64,000 bases of DNA from an uncultured Planctomycetaceae bacterium (GTDB taxonomy: Bacteria > Planctomycetota > Planctomycetia > Pirellulales > Lacipirellulaceae). The notes below the pieces were generated by a model. The model was not told the DNA's origin and ran no database searches. It saw only the letters and a list, made by a program, of their open reading frames with translations. The translations under genes were made by a program, and so were the position numbers. Shown here piece by piece: positions 37,272-46,000 of this stretch. Positions within the stretch are counted from its first letter, which is position 1. Every line of letters begins with the position of its first letter. The stretch spans positions 23,122 through 87,121 of the forward strand of contig CAZJWY010000001.1 of the NCBI GenBank assembly GCA_964549545.1, read 5' to 3'.

Positions 37272-38750
37272 ATGGCATTCCACACCGACGACACGATTTG
37301 CGCTATTGCATCCGCGTCTGGTGGCGCGGGCCGCGGCATCGTTCGGATTAGTGGGCCACAAGCTGCTGAGGTTGCGGTTCGCTGCTTTCAGTCGAAAGAC
37401 AACGTACTCATTCGGTCGATTCAACGTGCGACGGCCCTAACCGGCTTGGTGCGCATCACGGTTGACGCCGTCGACCGAGACTTGGCCTGCGATTTATACC
37501 TTTGGCCAACGCATCGTAGCTACACGCGCGAGCCGCTGGTTGAGTTGCATACTATTGGTTCGCCCCCCTTGTTAAATGCGCTGATGAGTACGCTTTGCGA
37601 ATTGGAAGTACGAGCCGCCGAACCGGGCGAGTTTACGTTGCGTGCGTTTCTGGCCGGGCGAATCGACCTCACGCAGGCCGAGGCCGTGCTGGGGGTCATC
37701 GATGCTTGCGGTAGCGAGGATCTAGACGCAGCGCTTGTCCAGTTAGCAGGTGGCCTGGCGCGACCGCTCCATCAATTACGAGAAGAGTTGTTGCAGCTAC
37801 TTGCCGAGGTGGAAGCCGGTCTCGACTTCGTGGAAGAAGATATCGAGTTCATTTCGCCTGATGTGTTGCAACATCGGCTTGAGCGAGTTGGCCAGATACT
37901 AGACGAAGTGTCACGGCAGATGGCCACGCGGCACATCTCGCGTGACGTGCCCCAAATTGCCTTGGTTGGACCTCCGAACGCCGGTAAGAGCAGCCTCTTT
38001 AACGCCCTTTCGGAGCGCTATGGCTGTAGTTCTCAGAACAAGCATGAGCGACAGACGCTTGCTCTGGTTTCTCCACAACGAGGCACTACGCGGGACTATC
38101 TGACGACAGCGATTTCGATCGATGGCAGGGAATGTGAGTTGGTTGATACGGCTGGAGTCGACTTGGGTGACCGCACCAACGTTGATGTTACGCCCAGCTC
38201 TTTGCAGCCACTTGACTCGACCATCGACACGGCCGCGCAAATGATTTCCGTGGAACGGGGAGCGAGCTCGTCTATTCGCATCTGTTGCTTGGACGTTTGC
38301 GGCATTTTAGAGGGCGGCGAAGAGGCAAGCACGCCATTCAATCTCGCGGGAAAAGTGGCCGATGTCGTCGTACTAACCAAAGTAGACCTGTTGCCGGTCG
38401 ATTCTCCTGCTGTGAAAAGCATAAATGGGGTGCCAACGCTCCTCACGAGCAGTCACAATGGCTATGGGCTCGACCAATTATGCGTGACGGTTGGTAAGCT
38501 GCTTCGGTCGGAGGAGCTTGGAGTGCGATGTCATATTGTGGGGGCTACGGCCACTCGTTGCCGCGATAGTATTCACTCGGCATCACGTTCAATCCAAAAC
38601 GCAATCGCATTGGTGCGCCATCGCGAAGGAAACGAGCTGGTTGCCGTTGAGCTGCGAGGAGCGCTGGATCAGATTGGCGCCGTCGTCGGAGCGGTCTATA
38701 CGGATGATTTGCTGGACCGAGTTTTTGGAACATTCTGTATCGGCAAATAG
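37272..38750 (+). CDS. mnmE: tRNA modification GTPase MnmE
   Basis: DTICAIASASGGAGRGIVRISG, GPPNAGKSSLFNAL, DTAG, C-terminal FCIGK. Confidence 0.9.
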   Translation: MAFHTDDTICAIASASGGAGRGIVRISGPQAAEVAVRCFQSKDNVLIRSIQRATALTGLVRITVDAVDRDLACDLYLWPTHRSYTREPLVELHTIGSPPLLNALMSTLCELEVRAAEPGEFTLRAFLAGRIDLTQAEAVLGVIDACGSEDLDAALVQLAGGLARPLHQLREELLQLLAEVEAGLDFVEEDIEFISPDVLQHRLERVGQILDEVSRQMATRHISRDVPQIALVGPPNAGKSSLFNALSERYGCSSQNKHERQTLALVSPQRGTTRDYLTTAISIDGRECELVDTAGVDLGDRTNVDVTPSSLQPLDSTIDTAAQMISVERGASSSIRICCLDVCGILEGGEEASTPFNLAGKVADVVVLTKVDLLPVDSPAVKSINGVPTLLTSSHNGYGLDQLCVTVGKLLRSEELGVRCHIVGATATRCRDSIHSASRSIQNAIALVRHREGNELVAVELRGALDQIGAVVGAVYTDDLLDRVFGTFCIGK

Positions 38751-38820
38751 TCGAACGATGCCGGAAGCCGATGCGGTTTGTCGATGAACAACCAAGGCCT
38801 GTAACGCAAAGGCAAGCTGA

Positions 38821-40143
38821 ATGTCGCGACGCTTCCATCCCTGGTCCATAGTCCTTATGGTCGCTTTGGACGTAACCTCGCGGGGACAATCCGCGATTGC
38901 TGAACACAACGCGAGTTACTCGGCGGCCATCGAATCGATCAAGGCCGATGAGCTTTATGACCACGTCGAGGTTCTTTCTGACGACGTATATGAGGGGCGG
39001 GCGGCGGGAAGCCGTGGAGGGCACGCGGCAGCTCAATGGTTGCTCAAACAGATCGAGTCACTTCAACTGAAACCGGCCGGCTCGGGTGGCAGCTTTGTGC
39101 AGACCTTTAGCGACGATTGCCGCAATATTCTTGCTCTACAGCCCGGAGATGATCCACAACTGCGGGACGAGGTGATCGTAATCGGAGCGCATTACGACCA
39201 CGTAGGATATGGCAACAGCAACAACAGTTTTGGTCCTACCGGCAAAATCCACAACGGCGCCGACGACAACGCCAGCGGCACCTCCGTGCTACTTGAGACG
39301 ATGGAGGCTTTCTCTCGCTCGGGATTGAAAACACGGCGAACGATTCTATTTGCGTTTTGGGATGGCGAGGAACGGGGCATGGTTGGCTCGCGGTATTGGC
39401 TCACGCATTCTACGTTGCCTGTCGATCACGTGAAGCTCAACATCACGCTCGATATGGTGGGACGACTACATGATCAGACCTTGTATGTGCTGGGCAGCCG
39501 CAGTGGCTATGGACTTCGGCGACTATTCGGCGGCTCCCGCGATGAGAACCTCTCGCTTAACTTCTCGTGGGACATCAAAGCCAATAGCGATCACTGGCCG
39601 TTCATCGAGCAACGAATCCCGATCGTTCTACTACACACCGGTTTGCACTCCGACTATCATCGGCCAACAGATGATGTGGAAAAAATCAACCGGCAAGGGA
39701 TGCAGGAAGTAGGTCGCTACCTGCTGGCGACCATTGTGCGAGTTGCCAACGAAGATCGTCTACCCAAGTTTCGGTATGCCGTGCGGCGCGAAACGGAAAG
39801 CCTGCGGCGCGCGATGGAGAAGCCATTGCCGCAGGCATCACTGAAAGATTGGCCAGAGGGTGAACCGCGGCCACGGCTGGGGATGTCATGGCGCGAGGAT
39901 GAAGGCGAACCTGGTTCGGTGTTCCTAGTCCGTGTGGTCGATGGATCGCCGGCGGCCGCCGCCGGACTAGAAATCGGAGATCGAATTTACGAACTCGATG
40001 GCCAACCGTTTACCGATGCAGCCAAGTTTCAAAGCGATGTCAAGCATCTATTGGAGTCGCCCCGGCAGAACTTCGAGATGCTCACCGAACGCCGAGGGCA
40101 TGTCCGAATGGTATCGATCAAAATGCAACCGCCTGCCAATTAA
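38821..40143 (+). CDS. M28-family aminopeptidase with C-terminal PDZ domain
   Basis: VIGAHYDHVGYG...NGADDNASG; C-terminal ...VVDGSPAAAAGLEIGDRIYELDG. Confidence 0.85.
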   Translation: MSRRFHPWSIVLMVALDVTSRGQSAIAEHNASYSAAIESIKADELYDHVEVLSDDVYEGRAAGSRGGHAAAQWLLKQIESLQLKPAGSGGSFVQTFSDDCRNILALQPGDDPQLRDEVIVIGAHYDHVGYGNSNNSFGPTGKIHNGADDNASGTSVLLETMEAFSRSGLKTRRTILFAFWDGEERGMVGSRYWLTHSTLPVDHVKLNITLDMVGRLHDQTLYVLGSRSGYGLRRLFGGSRDENLSLNFSWDIKANSDHWPFIEQRIPIVLLHTGLHSDYHRPTDDVEKINRQGMQEVGRYLLATIVRVANEDRLPKFRYAVRRETESLRRAMEKPLPQASLKDWPEGEPRPRLGMSWREDEGEPGSVFLVRVVDGSPAAAAGLEIGDRIYELDGQPFTDAAKFQSDVKHLLESPRQNFEMLTERRGHVRMVSIKMQPPAN

Positions 40144-40332
40144 TAAATGCGTGAGTCGATTGGCAGCGTTGGGTTTTCTTTCTCAACCTCTGTGCATTTA
40201 GCTTGGTGTATCTAGCAAGCACACGGCAATTTGGGGCAGAAAAAGGGCGGAGATCGGTCATATTGCTGGCCGAATCCGGTCTCTTATTCCACTTATCTGG
40301 CATCTGGCGGACTTCGTAAATCGCAGACACGG

Positions 40333-40361
40333 TTGGCCAAAGTCGCGATTCAGCGTAAATT
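40333..40361 (+). promoter_or_regulatory. Putative sigma-70 promoter now driving only the truncated tRNA-Leu 5' half
   Basis: TTGGCC-17 nt-TAAATT, 15 nt upstream of the tRNA fragment. Confidence 0.4.
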
Positions 40362-40375
40362 GTAAATAAGAGCTT

Positions 40376-40415
40376 TGGGGATGTGGCGGAATTGGCAGAC
40401 GCGCTGGACTTAGGA
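40376..40415 (+). repeat. attL: 40-bp direct repeat = 5' half of tRNA-Leu (acceptor stem to anticodon loop)
   Basis: Identical to 51363-51402 (tGGGGATGTGGCGGAATTGGCAGACGCGCTGGACTTAGGA). Identity stops right after the anticodon loop. Confidence 0.9.
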
Positions 40416-41033
40416 AAAGGCGATTGGTCCACTAATCCACGGGAAACACGAGAATTCCCGTATCTTTTCGCGATACGACACCCGCTAGAACCCGCTGAAT
40501 CGAACTCATTGGGTGTCGTGGTGTCGGCTCGAAAAAACACGACACCCGCCCTGCACTGACAGGACACTTAGTCAGGTAACGAGCCCGACAATCGCCGTGC
40601 ATAGGGGGAAGCGCACAACGACTGCCGGGCTGAGTCTGTCTTCCATGCTAATCACCGGGGGCGAGGTATCCAGCTTGTCTGATTTTTGAATTTTTTTTTC
40701 GGAGTCTCGATTTCCAAGTAGGGCGGCGGTCCGGGCAAACTATCAGGAGTTGCTAGATCGGGTTCGCTGGAAACATGCAGTTGCTAGGTAGGGGTTATAT
40801 CTCACCCCCCTAGCCGCCACGAGGCCCGGGGGTCCGGTAAAATTTTCCAAACTCAAACATAAACCGATACAGAATTATTCGATCGGTTCTAGCTTGGCTA
40901 TCGAACCATGCCAGTAGAGGCGGGGGTCTGCCCCGTGCATGTATCTGCTCTGCCCTGATTCACGCAAGGTACGCAACGCTCTAGCCGCGACTAACGCGCG
41001 GTAGCAGCAGGGAGAGAACGTAGACGATCAGCG

Positions 41034-41219
41034 CTAACTGAACCGGGCTACGATTGCGTCCAGGTCGGTCTGATCGACAGAGAACATAGTGCCGTGCATG
41101 CAATGGCTCTCCGGCTTAAGGCCGTTCTCTTGCGCCCAGATATGGACGTTCTCACCATTGCGAACACCAGTTAAGGCAACAATCTCTCTAATCGTGCGAA
41201 GAGTTTTCATAACCTTCAT
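41034..41219 (-). CDS. Small HTH protein (AlpA/Xis/Cro-like), 61 aa
   Basis: LRTIREIVALTGVRNGENVHIWAQ resembles an AlpA/excisionase-type HTH. Divergent from the 41446 gene. Confidence 0.5.
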   Translation of the reverse strand: MKVMKTLRTIREIVALTGVRNGENVHIWAQENGLKPESHCMHGTMFSVDQTDLDAIVARFS

Positions 41220-41345
41220 TATAAACCATGCCCTTCAAGTAATCTGTCACGCCGGGCGCGTTGTGTAAATCTTGGGTGTCGGCCGATCGGTCGACGTGAA
41301 ACGCGGGAAATACCGTCGGCGATGTTTCAGTTAGCGCGCATATCT

Positions 41346-41390
41346 TAGGCTTTAGCCTACGCTTGACAATCGGGTTTCTCGGATTAGTCT
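41346..41390 (+). promoter_or_regulatory. Palindromic operator candidate plus promoter for the 41446 operon
   Basis: Perfect palindrome TAGGCTttAGCCTA (41346-41359) abuts TTGACA (41363-41368)-16 nt-TAGTCT (41385-41390). Confidence 0.4.
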
Positions 41391-41445
41391 TGAGATAGAC
41401 GCCAACAATCGGCGTTCGATCACAACTAATGAGGGGACAACGAAG

Positions 41446-41835
41446 ATGAAGCGTGTGAGCGACGGCAAGACCTACTATGAAATTGACGATGACGGGAGCG
41501 TATCGGCGTGTGACGCCCAAGGCGAACCGATTCGGGAGTTCAACCCCGATGACGCTTTCCGCTTAGCGGCGTTGCGCGAACAGGAAGTAGCCGATTGGCT
41601 GGTAGCCGAAGATTTGAAATCGACGCCGGAAACCCGTTTACTAGCGGAGAACGCGTTGCGGCTAGGCCGTCTAAACGCGCGGCTAATCCCGATTACGGAA
41701 GCGATTGCAGACGCTTGTATAAATCGCGGGATGACAGTCGTCGAACCGGCTGCCAGAAAAAACCTTGCCGACATCGCGACAGAGGCGTACAGCGTCGTGA
41801 ATGAGCTGAGAAAGCAAACAGGCGGGGAAAGCTAA
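41446..41835 (+). CDS. Hypothetical protein (129 aa)
   Basis: GAGGGG Shine-Dalgarno upstream. The serine recombinase ATG follows 2 nt after its stop. No motif recognised. Confidence 0.6.
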   Translation: MKRVSDGKTYYEIDDDGSVSACDAQGEPIREFNPDDAFRLAALREQEVADWLVAEDLKSTPETRLLAENALRLGRLNARLIPITEAIADACINRGMTVVEPAARKNLADIATEAYSVVNELRKQTGGES

Positions 41836-41837
41836 CC

Positions 41838-42428
41838 ATGAACAAATACGTCGCGGTATATCCGCGTGTTTCGACTAAGCGCCAAGACCTAGCTAGCCAG
41901 ATGCCTGACCTGGAACACTGGGCAGCAGCACAAGGCGAGCCCGTGCAATGGTACAAAGACAAGTTTACCGGCAAGACACTGGAGCGGCCGGGATGGCAGA
42001 AGCTACAGGCCGCGATTGATCGGGGCGAAGTAAGCAAAGTGGTTGTATGGCGACTCGACCGACTAGGGCGAACCGCCAAGGGACTAACGGCGCTATTCGC
42101 AGACCTACAGGAACGCAAGGTAGGGCTAGTGTCGTTGAAGGATGGCATCGACCTATCGACAGCGGCCGGGCGCATGATGGCGAACGTGCTGGCGTCGGTG
42201 GCTCAGTTTGAAACGGAACTGCGCGCGGAGCGTGTGCGCGCTGGTCAGGCTGCTGCAAAATCCAAGGGCAAAGTCATTGGCGGTGGCAAAGCAGGCAGGC
42301 GAGTGCGCTTGACTGAGGAAAAGGAAGACGCCGTTAAGCGTCTGCACAAGTCGGGCGCGTCGATTACAAAGATAGCCAAGACGCTTCAACTGTCACGCCC
42401 TACGGTTTACAAGGTGCTGGACGGCTAG
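41838..42428 (+). CDS. Small serine recombinase (resolvase/invertase family) with C-terminal HTH
   Basis: YPRVSTKRQD (catalytic Ser), VVWRLDRLGR, ...AQFETELRAERV..., C-terminal SITKIAKTLQLSRPTVYKVL. Confidence 0.9.
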   Translation: MNKYVAVYPRVSTKRQDLASQMPDLEHWAAAQGEPVQWYKDKFTGKTLERPGWQKLQAAIDRGEVSKVVVWRLDRLGRTAKGLTALFADLQERKVGLVSLKDGIDLSTAAGRMMANVLASVAQFETELRAERVRAGQAAAKSKGKVIGGGKAGRRVRLTEEKEDAVKRLHKSGASITKIAKTLQLSRPTVYKVLDG

Positions 42429-42484
42429 CGCGCCCAGCAAACATACTTTTCAGTTTCACCTTTTCACCTATTGGAGCCTCATCT

Positions 42485-42709
42485 ATGAATGACACCACAA
42501 GCAAACTCTGTGTTCACACCATCATGGTCGATTCGCCAGAGGGGATGGTCGCCGTGACTATGCGCGACGGGCGAGTCATGTTGGACTACCACGAGATTAG
42601 CGTCTTTGGCGAACCGCACTGGCCGGATGAAACCAGCACTCTAGCCGGGCTCTTAGGCTGCACTGAGCCAGAAGCCCGCGCCCTTGTCGGCATGCTAACA
42701 GATATGTAG
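42485..42709 (+). CDS. Hypothetical protein (74 aa)
   Basis: GGAG 8 nt upstream of the ATG; followed by a canonical intrinsic terminator. Confidence 0.55.
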   Translation: MNDTTSKLCVHTIMVDSPEGMVAVTMRDGRVMLDYHEISVFGEPHWPDETSTLAGLLGCTEPEARALVGMLTDM

Positions 42710-42732
42710 GCTCCATTGCCTACACTTGCTAG

Positions 42733-42768
42733 CCGTCCACTCGATTCGTCGAGTGGACGGTTTTTTTT
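42733..42768 (+). terminator. Intrinsic terminator
   Basis: 12-bp perfect stem CCGTCCACTCGA / TCGAGTGGACGG, TTCG tetraloop, then T8. Confidence 0.85.
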
Positions 42769-42816
42769 GTGCGCCGGGAAGTCTGGCAGGCGGTCGAGAC
42801 GGGCGGGTTATATACA

Positions 42817-42933
42817 CTTGGCAAACCACTCGGCACCACTGGTCACCATGGGTCGCACCTAGGCAAACCACTGGCTACCTTTGGTTCACCACGACGGCAC
42901 CTTGGCAAACCATTGGGATAACTCTGGCATTCC
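42817..42933. repeat. 2.5 tandem 42-bp units = five or six TGG-N(3-4)-CCA sites phased every 21 bp
   Basis: Sites start at 42819, 42840, 42861, 42882 and 42903, plus a degenerate one at 42925. Core is CT(T/A)GGCAAACCA(C/T)T alternating with TGGT(T)CACCA. Confidence 0.75.
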
Positions 42934-43050
42934 GCGAACATGCTACCCGTTCCCTACCGGCCGCGAAGTTTGAAGCGTCCCGACTAATCCGAGCCATCGC
43001 CGATAACGACTGGCGAGTTCCCGAAAATACCACTCTCTGAGGCAGACACG

Positions 43051-46000
43051 ATGGACATTAGCAAATTCGATTTCAGCGCCTTGGACGCGGCTGACGCCGC
43101 GCCAGCAACGAGCATGGACTTCAGCGCACTCGACCTGCCCGAAGATGACGCTTCCGTATATTGGGGCGGCCGTCAAGTTTCCAAGTCGGCGATCTTGAAA
43201 GCAGCCGAACAACGCGGCGTCTCGCCCGATGCGATCATGCGTCTCGATACGTGGCAAGGCAAGACCGAAGATTGGTTAGCTAAGCGACCACTCGGCAACG
43301 TCGCTTTGCGAGTGACCGAAGGTTTCCAAGGTGTTGCTGACACAGTAGTTGGCGGTGTGGCACGGGCGGCTGGCTACCCCGATGTAGCTCGTAACGTCGC
43401 GGCGAACCGTCGCAAGCGCGAAGAATTCTTGTCAATGGTTGAGAAGGGCGGCGACATTGAACGAACGCTCGGTCAACGTGGCGCGCGCATCTTTAACAAC
43501 AGTGTGCAGTCAGCCACCGAAGTTGGGTTGGTCGGCATCAGTAAGGCACCGCTCGCAGTGTATTCCTATGTCGTCGGCTCTGAATTCGAGCGAGCGATGG
43601 ACGATGGCGAACAGCACGGCTTAGAAGGCAGTGACCTTGTTTCTTATGCTGGCCGTCGTGCCGCTATTGAAGGCACCATGTCTCTGCTAATGGGCAAGTT
43701 AGCAAAGAAAGCTGGCGCATATACGCTGGCGGAAAGTGTTAACCCCGCCGCTGGCAACGCCATTCGTAAGTTTCTCGACGCGCCCGACGTTAAGAGCAAA
43801 CTAGTCGCGGCCTCTAAGAGTCTTGGTGGCATGGCTGCCGAAGGTGTCGAGGAACTCCTAACGAACGGCGCTATCCAGGCTAACGACCTGTCTTTCGGCG
43901 TGCGTGACGGTTTCGATTTCAATGAACTGCTCGACGCCGGTTTGTCAGGCGTGACGATGCGCGGCATTAGTCATGTTCGTGATCTGCATGGCGTGCTGAA
44001 TGATTTCGTCAAGAACAAGTTGCCCCACGTAGCCGAGGGCACGAACGCCGCTATGGTTGACTTGGAACGTGGTGTCAACCCGTTCCTTGTGAAAGACCTG
44101 GACGGTGCCGAGTTCGATCGGCAGACGGGCCGCGAGGGCACGACCCCCGAATTCCGTCTGTCTTACCGCGATGCTCTCAATCATTACATGTCGGAAGCCC
44201 GAGCCAACGGCGAGACGGGCTCTCTCGAACGATTAGAGCGGGATGCGCTTGCCATTCACGAGGAAGAACGTCAACGCACTGCGCGCATTCAAGCGAGCAA
44301 GGATAAGGCAGCCGCACAAAAGCAAAACGGCGTGGTAGGCGAGTCGCAAGTAAAAGTAGAGCCGGTGGAAGCGCACGAGCAACCGTCACTTACTGCCGAC
44401 CAACGGGCTACGTTTAACCTGCGTGACTTTGAGGCATTGGTCGTAGAGCCGAAGATTGGTGAGGCTCTGACGCAACCCCAACCCAAGGTAAACCCGTATC
44501 TCCGCGCCCCGTGGGAATCGGAAACACGCGGCCAGCGGCGCGTACGTCGGTTATCCGAGCAAGTCGAGACACACAAGGCGACTATTAAGACATTGCGCTC
44601 CGAAGCGGTCGCCAACAAGCGACTAACGCGCGAGCAACAACAAGCAGCGCTTGAACTGGTGCGGGAAAACATCCCTGCCGAAGATCGTCACAAGTATTTT
44701 CAAGGCGTCATCGAAAGCACTCGCCCGAGCGCCATTAACAAACTGCTGGACCGCGTAGATACCTACATTGGCCAACGTGACCACAGTTTAGCCGTGCAGA
44801 ACCTCAAGGAATCTATCCGCAAGGCTACTAATTTACGCCCTGAATTCGCTCAGCAGGTGCAAAAGTCGCTCAATTCCATCGACCTGAAACGCTTTCGGCA
44901 TCGGGAAGTAGCCGAGACGCTACGGCAATGGCAGCAGGACAACCCGCAAGCCATTATCTCGCCCAAAGAGCAAGGGCTTATCGACCGGCTGGCGCAACAA
45001 AACATCCATAGCATGACGGCAGACGATGTACGGGCGCTGGCGTCACACGTCGAAAGCCTTGCTTACCAAAGCAAGCTGAAAGATACGCTGATCGGTAACG
45101 CGGAAGCGGCAAGCGTGCGCGATACCGCCGACAACATAGTTCGCGAGATTGCGACGGCCCCCCGTAAGGAAATGAAGTCGGACAGTCTGCTAAGTACGTC
45201 GGATGATAACACAACGCGCACGATCGGCAGCTTGGCGCTGCACGAGGTGGCCGAACGCCCCGAGGTAACGCTACGCTCGCTCAGTTCCGAGTTGAGCAAC
45301 CAGATATACGAACCAATCCGCAAGGCGCGCAGCCGGTTCAAGTTGCGCATGGCCAATACGCGCCAATTTATGTCCGACCTGTTTAACAGTGTCGGATTGG
45401 AACATGAGAATTCACTTGCCAAGAGCGTGGCCTATCGAACCGGGCTTCCGAGTACGAAGCTGGAAGGTTGGCGGAGTCACTTGCGAGAGATAAACGGCAC
45501 TCGATTGACACGCGGCGAAGCATTGTGGCTGGCTCTGTCGTCAAAAGACCCTGACGGCATTAAAAACCTGATGGAACATGGCGCGGAGTTGAGCCAAGGC
45601 CGCAAGCTGGCACCCGTCGACCCGCATACACTTGCCCACCTGTTTGATTTCATCGGTCCCGAGGGCGAAACGTGGGTTAATGGCGCGTTCGAGCACCTTA
45701 ATACTTATGTCATTGACGGTGTGAACACGGCTAATGAAAAGATGACCGGCCGACCGCTTACTGAGAAGCGCAATGTTGTTCCGCTTGTGCTGGCCGATGA
45801 CGATTACGCCAAGTTGGTCAGCAAGGGGCGAGCGGGCGAAGTAGAAGCCTTGGCCGATAGTTACGGTCACCTCAAACACCGCGAGGGCGGCGGCCGGGCT
45901 TTGCGTATTCCCGACAACATGGACGCGATTGATATGGTTATGAGCCATGCCGACCGCATGCACCGTTTTGCCGAGTACAGCGTGCCCGCTCGCAATGCTG

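Noticed and set aside
40118-40567. 149-aa minus-strand ORF spanning attL
   Set aside because: It runs antisense through the tRNA-Leu 5' fragment and the end of the M28 peptidase gene, so it is implausible as a gene.
42817-42933. Possible CRISPR-like array
   Set aside because: There are only 2.5 directly abutting units with no unique spacers, the units are imperfect, and no cas genes are present.
42726-43040. 104-aa plus-strand ORF covering the 21-bp phased sites
   Set aside because: It starts inside the terminator hairpin, uses a non-ATG start and has no Shine-Dalgarno. Its 'repeat' peptide (W/T/H-rich) looks like a by-product of the DNA repeats. It is kept as the alternative that would refute the iteron interpretation.
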